A DNA stretch of 64,000 bases from Dictyostelium discoideum (Eukaryota): NCBI GenBank assembly GCA_000004695.1, contig CM000154.2, positions 1,472,001 through 1,536,000 on the forward strand, in the 5' to 3' direction. Under the pieces are notes generated by a model. That model saw nothing but the letters and a program-made list of their open reading frames with translations, ran no database searches and was not told the DNA's origin. This document shows, one piece after another, positions 39,818-53,658 of the stretch. Each line of letters opens with the position of its first letter. The stretch's first letter is position 1. The position numbers and the translations under genes are program-made.

Positions 39818-41272
39818 ATGGCAAAACTAAAAATAATTATTTATATTGTAATAATTTTTTGTAGTAGTATCCAATTTTCTTTTGGATACGAAAAGGCGAT
39901 TGCTTCATTTTATCCACCTCCAGGTGATTTGCATCCCACTACTCATAATTTTTGGGCATGTAATAGTGTCATTAACCAAAACGGTGGATTCGGTCCACTT
40001 GAATGCAATAATGCCGGTATCTATGCAATTTTCTCGACCGCCAATGAGATCATCGACGGTAATGAATACATGCTTCCACTATTTTATATTGGAAGATCCA
40101 CTATAGATGTTCGAGATAGAATTGCTGATCACAGTAGACGAAACCATGTTGATAATGATTTCATTGTGTGTTATATGCGTTTCCCAGCATTGGATGATTA
40201 TGGTTACAGTAACAAAGTAACACCCGTTGAACAAGCTCTCCTTCACCAATTCAAAACTCAATTCAACTCATGGGATAACCTCGGTTTTGATCCACAGTAT
40301 GATACTGCTTATCCAGATGAAAATGGTTTGGGATGGGATATCCTTGCATCTTTTTATAATATGGATATCAATGCTCCATCTTTTAATATTGAAAAAGAGC
40401 CAGGCTTTGTATGGAATGGTCAAACTAATGGACATACTGAACGTTTCGTCCAATCATCATTAAAAGCTGATCAATCTGAAATATTTCCAGAGGGTATACC
40501 ATTCAGAACTGGTGAAGTAGCCATAGAAGGCAGTGATTTCTGTAATAGAACTGAAGAGGATTATACTTTTCATTCGCAGGGCTACTACCTAAGAATATCA
40601 AATGCTTTGGCATCAAGAAATAAGAATTCAAATCAAAATCAAAATCAAAATCAAAATCAAAATCAAAATCAAAATCAAAATCAAAATCAAAATCAAAATC
40701 AAAATCAAAATCATAATCAGAATCAAAATCCACATTCAAACTTTCAGGTTTCTAATGATCAATTAATTGCTATAGATGTTGGTATTGCAGGTGGTGCTAT
40801 CGTTGCAGGCGCTGGTGCAGCAGCAGCCGGTGCAGCAGCCGGTGCTGAGGGTGGTGCCGCAGGAGTTGCTTCCAGAGCTGGTGGTTATATTTCTCGTACT
40901 GCTAGTCGTGTTGGTAACTCTATACGTAGCAGAGCTACTCGTTATGCTAATCAAGGTTACAATTCCATGAGAAATGGTGCACAAAGAGCTGGCAACGGCG
41001 CACGTAATTATGCTAATGAAGGTTACAATTCCGTGAGAGATGGTGCACAAAGAGCTGGCAACGGCGCACGTAATTATGCTCAACAAGGTTATCAAGCATG
41101 GAGAGAAGGTGTCAATGAGATTGGTGATGATATCGCCAATACTGCACATGATGTAGGTGATGGTTTCGCCAATACTGCACGTGAAGTAGGTGATGGAATT
41201 AGAATCACTGCAGAGGAGGGATATGAACTCATTAAAGATGGAGCTGAAGAAACTTGGGTGAAGAAATATTAA
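39818..41272 (+). CDS. Signal-peptide protein of 484 aa. It has an N-terminal GIY-YIG-like domain, an (NQ)n linker, a Gly/Ala-rich hydrophobic segment and a C-terminal tandem-repeat region.
   Basis: The signal-peptide-like N-terminus is MAKLKIIIYIVIIFCSSIQFSFG. Then ...AGIYAIFSTANEIIDGNEYMLPLFYIGRSTIDVRDRIADH....PVEQALLHQFKTQFNSWDNLGF has the GIY / YIG-S/T-x7-R-x3-H / E / N order of GIY-YIG nuclease folds, with an unusually long GIY-YIG spacer. (AATCAA)n at 40621-40735 encodes (NQ)17. LIAIDVGIAGGAIVAGAGAAAAGAAAG is a predicted transmembrane or flexible segment. The C-terminal repeats are RYANQGYNSMRNGAQRAGNGARNYA(N/Q)EGYNSVRDGAQRAGNGARNYA. Confidence 0.6.
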   Translation: MAKLKIIIYIVIIFCSSIQFSFGYEKAIASFYPPPGDLHPTTHNFWACNSVINQNGGFGPLECNNAGIYAIFSTANEIIDGNEYMLPLFYIGRSTIDVRDRIADHSRRNHVDNDFIVCYMRFPALDDYGYSNKVTPVEQALLHQFKTQFNSWDNLGFDPQYDTAYPDENGLGWDILASFYNMDINAPSFNIEKEPGFVWNGQTNGHTERFVQSSLKADQSEIFPEGIPFRTGEVAIEGSDFCNRTEEDYTFHSQGYYLRISNALASRNKNSNQNQNQNQNQNQNQNQNQNQNQNQNQNHNQNQNPHSNFQVSNDQLIAIDVGIAGGAIVAGAGAAAAGAAAGAEGGAAGVASRAGGYISRTASRVGNSIRSRATRYANQGYNSMRNGAQRAGNGARNYANEGYNSVRDGAQRAGNGARNYAQQGYQAWREGVNEIGDDIANTAHDVGDGFANTAREVGDGIRITAEEGYELIKDGAEETWVKKY

Positions 41273-41585
41273 AGGTTATCCTTAATTAAAATTAAAAAAG
41301 CACAACAAAGAATGGCTGAACAAGAAGAAAGAAGAAGGTTGATGCAAGAAGAAAGTGAAAGAAGACGATTGCAAAGAAACAGAGAAAGACAAGAGCCAAT
41401 TAGAACTTATACAACTGCACAAGAAGCTCAACGATATATACCCAAACCTGGTAACTTTGCACGTAAAAGAGGTGCAAGAAATTAAAAAAAGAAAAAATAA
41501 AAATAATTAAAAGAAATAAAAAAAAAAAAAATTAAAAATTAAAAATTTTAAAAAAAAAAAAATAAACTACATCTCTTATATATAA

Positions 41586-42042
41586 AATAAATTATTCAAA
41601 ACAATCATTAGCGATAATGAATTTTACAGAAAATTCTTTAGAAACCACCTTTTTGAATTTACTAATAGAAAAGTAATCATTTCATTAATTACATCAAAGA
41701 ATTTACAAGTATATCAACTTTTTATAGAAGAGTTTAATCATACACCATCTGTTTATGATCTAAAAATAGTAATTTCAGTTGGTGCTAACAAATTCATTAG
41801 ATATCTATTAGAACAATCACAACTAGAACAATCAAAATTTAAAATAAACATATCAAAAGATGATTTAGATAATTATAATTCAATTGATACAATAGTTGCT
41901 CCAAATAAAGTTATTTCAAATTTAAGAAAAATTATTATAAATAATTCTTCTAAATTTTTTTTTCCATTTAAATTATTAAATTTAAAGAGAGATATGTTTA
42001 AAGGATTACTATGCTATTTTAATTGTTATCAAAGTTAAAGAG

Positions 42043-42135
<93 letters not shown>

Positions 42136-42830
42136 GTTGTAGGTCTAATGATGATGATGAACATAAAACCTTTATAAAGAAATTATTGGATGAATATTAT
42201 TCAATATTTTGTAAAGATAGATCAGTCATTATATATTATTATTACGATGGATTTAATAATATCAATTTAGAAAATAATAGTTTATACAGTGTAGATTTAG
42301 AAGAATATTATGAATCATTTAGATTTGGAATTCCAACATTTGACTTGGTTGGTCATTTTCTTTATGACCACCTTAATTTTAAATCATTGATAGATATCAT
42401 GGAATATCCATATAAAAAGTCAATTAATATTTTATTCTCAAATTGTACAGATAGATTAAAAAAGATTCAGTTAATAGATAAAGCCATTCAATCAATAAAA
42501 TCAGATGGTTTGCGAAATGTTGAAAATCAATTAACGAATTTCTTTTATATGGTTGTCATGCACGACGATTTAGAATTAATAAAGTATTTTTTCAAACAAA
42601 TTAATGGTTATCAATTACATTTGGGTGGTGGGGGTGGAGATTTACATTACTTATATATGTTTAACCCAACAATTTATATTGGTTCGGTAGATGTTTTAAA
42701 TTATTTATTTGAAAATCATAGAGAATATTTTATTGATGATAAATATAACTATTATTCCTATTTCAAGAATTTAGAATTATTAAAACACTTTGAAGCATTA
42801 TATATTTCAAATAAATCTTTAAATAAATAA
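41586..42830 (+). pseudogene. Copy B, 3' segment. It contains an intact 214-aa ORF at 42186..42830 (MDEYYSIFCKDRSVIIYYYYDGFNNINLENNSLYSV...FENHREYFIDDKYNYYSYFKNLELLKHFEALYISNKSLNK).
   Basis: It is co-linear with copy A at 34925-36700. (AAT)n lies at 42050-42130. Downstream of 42840 the similarity to A is lost for about 2 kb, and it resumes at 44821-44950, which matches A at 37381-37500. Confidence 0.5.
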
Positions 42831-42954
42831 ATAAATAAAAAAATTTAAAATAAAAATATTAACTGGGTTTAGAAAAAAAAATAATCAAATATATATTATT
42901 AAGCAATTTCAAGTTGATCTGTGTAATCATTGATGCAGAATGGTCTGCGAAACT

Positions 42955-43140
42955 TTGGAACTTTTATCTTTGATCACTATCATTCAGAGGGTGGCTTCTT
43001 ATGTTGCCATCATATAGAATTGTTCTGGATACTGCTTCAATCACCATTACAAAGAGAGTAGGTGATAATGTATCTCCCTGTTTTACTCCTCTTTTTATAG
43101 TAAAGGGGGGTGTGAGTTTTCCATTGATTTCTATCCTGTT
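42955..43140 (-). mobile_element. Degenerate fragment of a non-LTR retrotransposon reverse-transcriptase domain
   Basis: The minus-strand translation is IEINGKLTPPFTIKRGVKQGDTLSPTLFVMVIEAVSRTILYDGNIR...FADH. The GV(K/R)QGDxLSPxLF and FADD-like motifs are diagnostic of LINE/TRE-type reverse transcriptases. Stops on both sides show that only about 180-260 bp survive. The GC content is locally higher than the surrounding DNA. Confidence 0.5.
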
Positions 43141-43540
43141 TTGAGTCTGTCAGTGGTTTCATAATTAGGTTTGTTAGGTTGGTGAGAACTTTGATATGTT
43201 AAACGTTCTAAGTATTAATTTTAAAAAAGTTATTTATCTCTGATTTTTTTTTTTTTTAATATTATAAAATCAGTGTTTATCCATGGTTATTCTTTTTTAA
43301 TTTGAGTTATCTAAGAGTTTTAATTTTAAAATGAAGTGTAGTTAAAATTGGTTTTGTGAATTGTTCGAATAGGTGTTTTTTTTTTTTTTATTTTATTTAT
43401 TCTTGTCGTCAGTATTGTTACTATAATTAATCCCATGAGTTTTTTTTTATTATTATTTTTTATTCTTTTATATTTGAGATGATTATTATTAATTAAATGA
43501 CTTTGAGTTTTTTTTTTTATTTTTCTATGCCTAAAATTAC

Positions 43541-43700
43541 CATATTAATTTCGGTAGGCATATTAATTTCAGCCTAAAATAGTTGGTCTGTGCATGCCAA
43601 AATTAATATGGCTGCTGAAATTAATATGGTAATTCTAGCAGACATAAGTCCCATGCCAAAACTATCATATTAATTTCAGCATCCATTATTAAAATTTTAT
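43541..43700. repeat. Cluster of a 14-nt palindromic motif, CATATTAATTTC(A/G)G and its reverse complement CTGAAATTAATATG
   Basis: ...ccatattaatttcggtaggcatattaatttcagcc...gccaaaattaatatggctgctgaaattaatatgg...tatcatattaatttcagc. There are five copies in 160 bp in alternating orientation. They lie next to the retroelement fragment. Confidence 0.5.
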
Positions 43701-44520
43701 TAAAAAATAAAATTTATAAAATTTATAAAAAAAAAAAAAGCATTTTTTATTAAAATTTAATTAATACTAAAAAATAAGAAATTATATTAGAATTTTATAA
43801 ATTTTTTTAATTCGAGGTTATTTTTTTTTAAAAAAATAATTATAATAATTATTAGAAAATAGGATATTTTATAAAAAAATAAGATTATTATAAAAAATGT
43901 AGCCTTTATTATTTTAAATAAAATATATTAAAAAATAAGATAAATAAAAAAAAAATAATAAAATATATTAAAAATTAAAACATTATATAATTTTTAACAT
44001 GTTTTATTAAAATATAATAAATACTAAAAAAATGAGATAATATATAGAAGGTTATAAATTTTATTAATTATGGTTTTAATACTAAGATGTTTAGAAAATA
44101 ATAAAATAAATTATAAATAGGGAAATTTTATAATATTCAACATATTTTATTAAAATATAAGTAATCCCTAAAAAATAAGATAAAAAATATTAAATGAAAC
44201 TTTTTATTATTTTAAAAAATATAGGAATTGAATTAATAAAAATAAGATATATTATAAGAATACATATGTTAAAACAAGCAAAATTTTATTAATTTTGAAA
44301 AAAAATAAAAAAAATTTAGAAAAATAATTTGGCTTTTTTGGCACAACAATGTCCAATAAATTTAGTTAGTAAAAATTCAGACAGATTAATATTGCCATTA
44401 TGTAAAGGTATGATATCAAATAATAATTAAATCAAAATAGCTTTAATATTAATTATTTCTTTTTATTAAAAAATTAAATAGACGTTCCATAATAATCAAT
44501 TGATTTTCAAGACCAGAGAA

Positions 44521-44665
44521 ATCCAATGTGGCCTCATCTGAATGCATGGCGAATACCCATTGTATCCTGTAAGACCAATTAATTCCAATGTAGCTTCATC
44601 TGACGGTATTATGAATACCCATCTTATAAGACCAATTAATTCCAATGTGGCTTCATCTGTTGCAA
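44521..44665. repeat. Tandem repeat of about 57 bp, about 2.5 copies (ccaatgtggcytcatctga...gaatacccat...taagaccaattaatt)
   Basis: The direct repeats start at about 44523, 44581 and 44639 and are about 85% identical. Confidence 0.5.
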
Positions 44666-45404
44666 ATCGATTTTCATTTATTAACTCTTATAATAATATA
44701 TTAAAAATTAATAAAATTTCTTTTTTTTTTAACATATTTTAAAATTTTTTTTTAATTTTTAATGAATTTTATTATTAGTATTATTTTTTTAATAATAAAA
44801 TTATAAATAAATGATTTATTTATCAGAATTTCTACTTCAATTTATCAACCAAGCAGATTCAGAAAAACTTTTTTGGTCCAAAATCATTATTATATATTTC
44901 AAATAAATTTTAAAATCTTTAAATAAATAAATTTTTATTTTATTTCTTTTAAAAACTTTTTTTTTTTTTTTTAATATCCTTTTCTTTATTTTTTTTTTTA
45001 ATATTGGTTAATCAATGTTTATCAATTAAAGGAGATAACAATGGTTCATATTTTTTTTATGAATTTTAAATTTAAAATGTAATGCGGTTATTCTTTTTTA
45101 ATTTTAATTATCTATTAATGAATTTTAATAATATATTATTAGTAATAATAATAACCATACATGTGTAGTAAATAATTTATTGTAAATAATTTTTTAGAAT
45201 AAAAAAAAAATAAACCAATGTAAAAATATTTTTTTATTTATTTCTTTTTTATTTCTAATATATATATTATAAATTTTTTGATTAGATATTTTTAATAATT
45301 TTTTTATTTTTTTTTTTTTTTTTCCTTTTTTTTTTTTTTTTTTTTTTTTTTTTGTTTGATAATGTATATTTTAATAAATAAATAAAAAGTTTTTTTTTTT
45401 TTTT

Positions 45405-45466
45405 TTTTTTTTAAAAAAGGGGTTTATTTTTAGACCAAAAATTTGATGAATTGCTGTAAGGTCGAC
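45405..45466 (-). ncRNA. Second Class I RNA motif occurrence, on the minus strand
   Basis: The plus strand reads ttgctgtaaggtcgac at 45451-45466, which on the minus strand is GTCGACCTTACAGCAA followed by ...AAATAAACCCC and then a T-run. This is the same architecture as the candidate at 1461-1519: a G-rich 5' end, the 11-nt motif, an A-rich spacer and ACCCC. I found no clean DUSE upstream and no obvious 3' stem partner. Confidence 0.3.
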
Positions 45467-45709
45467 TTTTATATTAAACACATTTAATAAATTAAAAAAA
45501 TAATTTTAAATCCCATCTGATTTTTCAAATTTTTTTTTTTTTTTTTTTTTTCTTTTTTTTTATTAGGTCCAATACCAATAAAATAAATAATTTAAAAAGA
45601 AAAAAAATAAAAAAAGAAAAATTAACATCCTTTTATAACAATTCTCAAATAAAATATTTTTTTAAAATTTTCAATTTTTTTTTTTTTTTTTTTTTTCAAT
45701 CATACAATT

Positions 45710-49638
<3,929 letters not shown>

Positions 49639-49808
49639 ATAAATAAAATCTTTTTTTTTTTTATTAGTCACCAACTCATACTCTTCATTAAATTATTATT
49701 ATATAAGATATTTTAAAATAATAAAATGATTACCAGTTTATTATTTTTTTTATTTTTATTTTTATATTTATTTTTGTTTATAAATAAAAAAAATTTTAAA
49801 ATTTTTAT

Positions 49809-51561
49809 TTAAACCAAACTTAATATTTTAATATTACCTTGACTATTTGCAGCTAATAAAATATTTGAGTCTTTTTTCCAACAAACTGAACTAACGAATT
49901 GAGAACCATCATCATCAGTTTCTTCACCTGTACCAGAGTTTGCACCGAATCTATGAGTGACAATTGGTTTGGATAAAGTTTTGTAGTATGTGTAAACACC
50001 ATTATTTTCACTGCCACAGCAAATGTAATCACCATTAACGGTGAGACCAACGAAATTCTTTTCATTTGAATGACCAGTGAAAGTTCTAACGCAATCATTT
50101 TGATTAACATTCCATAGTTTCAAAGTACTATCAGTTGAGGCGGATATAATCTCATCCTTATTCATAAATTTGACATAACTAACCGCTTTTCTATGACCCT
50201 TGAAAATGAGTAATGGATCTTTATATTGACGAAGATCATAATAGTGAATGTGATGATCAGCCGAACCAAATGCAATTAAATTCGAAGAGCAAGGATTGAA
50301 TTTAACACAACAAATATTTGCCTTACTCTCGATTGTTGTAATTGCACGTTCAGTTGTTGTTGACCATAGTTTCACTCTTGTATCATCGGAACCTGATGCT
50401 AATTGTGTTGGATCAGTACGTGAGAAATCTACACTCCAAACTCTCTTTTCATGTTCTTCCAATGTCATAATGTTTTGACCAGTATTTGCATCCCATAGGG
50501 ATATGATACCTTCATAATCACTACTGGCAATTTGTGATTTTATATAGGTATTCCAACTTAAACAACTAATCTTTGATCTACAAGTCATCTCTTTAACTGG
50601 TGAATGAACCTCGACATTGTCACGAATTTGACTAAATTCAAATATCTTGATTTTCTTTGTAACGCCTGCAGTCGCAAAATATTCTTCATCCCTATCAAAT
50701 TCTATACTACTAACGATTGATGATGTATTAAATAAATCACCATACTTTAAAGTTGCTAAAACTTTAAATTCATTATATTTTGTAAACTTTAATAAATTTC
50801 TTGAAAAACTTAATAATCCTTTACCAACTTTTAATGATTCTATATTATTATTTAAATTATTTAAATTTGAATTTGTATTATTATTATTATTACTATTACT
50901 ATTACTATTTATTATTGATGAAGATGATGAATTAACTGAATTTGGTGACTTTAATATATTATTATTGTTATGGTTAGTTTCACTTATTATCGTTGGTGAA
51001 TCATAATCTGATTCATTATATGCTGAAAAATAACAACTTTGTAAATCATCTAAATGTATTTCAACTCTTCTTTTCTTACTTATTAATGAATTATTATTAT
51101 TATTTGTTGTTGTTGTTGTTGTTGTTGATATTGAAGATGAGGTTGCTGCTGTTGTTGATGGTGTTGTTGATGGTGGTGGTGTTGCTGCTGTTGTTGTTGT
51201 TGTTGTTGTTGGTGTCGAAGTAGTTGTTGTTGTTGGTGTTGCTGATGTAGTTGTTGCTCCTGTTGTTGTTGTTGTTGATGTTGTTGGTGTTGCTGCTGTT
51301 GTTGTTGTCGTTGCTGCTGTTGTCGTTGCTGCTGTTGTCGTTGCTGCTGTTGTCGTTGCCGTATTTATTCCATTTAAACTTGATTCTAAAATTTTATTAT
51401 TATTCGGGTTATTATTACTATTATTTACATTACTACTATTATTCGGTATATTGTTATTATTACTATTATTATTATTATTATTATTGCTATTATTATTGCT
51501 ACTACTATTATTATTGCTATTATTATTGTTACTACTATTATTATTATTATTGATATTATTA

Positions 51562-51659
<98 letters not shown>

Positions 51660-52180
51660 TGGATTGATATTATTGTTATTATTATTATTATTACTATGAT
51701 GTGGTATTGATAAAACTATATTTGAATCATCACCACCTTTACCAATAAATAAAGCATCCCTTAACATATCTAAATCACCATTCGAAAGTGATTCAGAGAT
51801 ATCTTTTTGATGTTCAATTGCTTTAATATCATTCTCTAAATAAGAGATTTGTCTCTTTAATTGTTTAAAAGTTTCCATTTTTTGTGATCTTGTTTTTTGT
51901 AGGAAATCCAATAGAATATCATATTCAACTTGTTGATCGTGTACCTCTAAATTCTTTTTCTTCTCCAATAATGTTGATACCATTAAATTTATATCATGTA
52001 ATGATAAATTCTCATTACTTAATGTATTTCTAAATTGCTTAACTGTTGGTGTTGGTAATAAACTACTCTTTACTCCAATCTTTTCAACAAATTTATTTAC
52101 TTTTTTTAATTACAAAAAAAATAATAATATAAAATAAAAAATGAAATATTAATATAGATATAGATTATTATTATTATTAC

Positions 52181-52262
<82 letters not shown>

Positions 52263-53011
52263 AAAATTTAAAATAAAATAAACATACATGCAAAATTTGG
52301 AAATATTTGTTCTCTTGTTAAATACACCATACAAATTGGACAAGTTTTTGATTTTGATAAATGAATAATAATACATTGATAACTAATTTTTTTTTTTTAA
52401 TTATTTTAGAAATATTGATTAGAATAAATATGTATATAATGATATATTGATGTATCATTTATATTAATAAATAATAATAATTACCAAAAAGAATGACCAC
52501 ATTTCGAAATGAATGGTTCTTTAATCATATCATTACAAACTGGACATAATAATAACTCGTCTACTTCTTCAGTCGCATCAGAGTTTGACTCTGAATCTTT
52601 TTTAATTTTATATGTTTTTGGATTTAATGTTGACACTTTGTTATTACTATTGTTAATACTACTGTTATTATTATTTGGATTATTTGGATTATTTGAATTA
52701 TTATTATTACCATTACTATTACTATTACTATTACTACCATTTAAATTCTCTAAATTTTCATTCATATCTATATTAGTATTATATAACAATAATGATGATG
52801 ACGATGTTGTTATAGATATCCTAGGTGGTTCTATACTTTCATTACTATTATTATTATTATTATTTGGATTATCTGGATTATTATTATTGAAATTGATATG
52901 ATTATGATTACTATTACCATTTGATATTGGTGATGAAGTTGCCATACCTGGTGAATCAACCATTGTGTTTGTTGGTGTACTACTTGATGCCATTAAATTG
53001 AATGTTTCCAT
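49809..53011 (-). CDS. COP1/RFWD2-type E3 ubiquitin ligase (RING + coiled coil + WD40) in three exons
   Basis: The exons are 53011..52485, 52382..52288 and 52099..49809. The donors are GTAATT at 52484 and GTATGT at 52287. The acceptors are AG at 52384-83 and 52101-00. The RING spans exons 1-2: [51 protein letters not shown]. The WD40 domain is [70 protein letters not shown]...[11 protein letters not shown]...[13 protein letters not shown]...[14 protein letters not shown]...[12 protein letters not shown]...[17 protein letters not shown]...[22 protein letters not shown], which is near-identical in motif order to plant and animal COP1. Intron 2 carries an (ATT)n tract at 52150-52262. Confidence 0.85.
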
Positions 53012-53365
53012 TAATATCGTTTATAATTATCTATTTAAAAATAACTACTTTGATTTATTTGGTGGTGTTTGTATGTGTGGTTTTCCAAAAAAATTTACTG
53101 TATAATAATATTTTTATTTATTTATTTATTTATTAATTGTATAAATTTTTTTTAATATTTATTTAATTGTTTAAAAATAGTGTAAAAAAAAAATAAATAA
53201 AATAAAATAATATAAAAATAATAACTTTTAAAAATAAATAAAAGAGTGAAATATTAATACAAAATGAGCAAACGGTAGAGTGAGTGAGTGAGTGAGTGAG
53301 AGGAGAGAGTGTGTGTGTATGTGTGTGTGTAACAATTTGTTGTTATATTAAAAAATAGTAAGTTG

Positions 53366-53402
<37 letters not shown>

Positions 53403-53658
53403 AAAAAAATATTTTAATATTTACAAAATAAAAAAAAAAAAAAAAAAATTTTCAACAGATTTTTTTTTTTTTTTATTTTTATTTTTAAAATAACAATTAA
53501 ATTGAAAATTTACAACAACCGTAAACTGTAAACGGGAAAATTTTCTTTTTGTTTAAATTAAAATTAAATAAAAAAAAAAAAAAAAATTAAAAAATTAAAA
53601 AATTAAATAGTTAAACAATAAAAAACAACAACAACACCAACACCAACAACAATACAAT

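Noticed and set aside
44521-44665. CRISPR-like interpretation of the 57-bp direct repeats
   Set aside because: This is a eukaryotic genome. The repeats are contiguous with no spacers and are degenerate. It is a minisatellite.
42840-45700. tRNA gene expected next to the retroelement fragment
   Set aside because: I scanned for A-box/B-box-like GC-rich 70-90 nt segments (GTTCGAnTC, TGGNNNAGTGG). None was found. The only 'gttcgaa' lies in AT-rich context without a cloverleaf.
51251-51699. Poly-Leu and poly-Tyr ORFs on the plus strand
   Set aside because: They are antisense of (AAT)n/(ACA)n coding repeats inside the COP1 gene.
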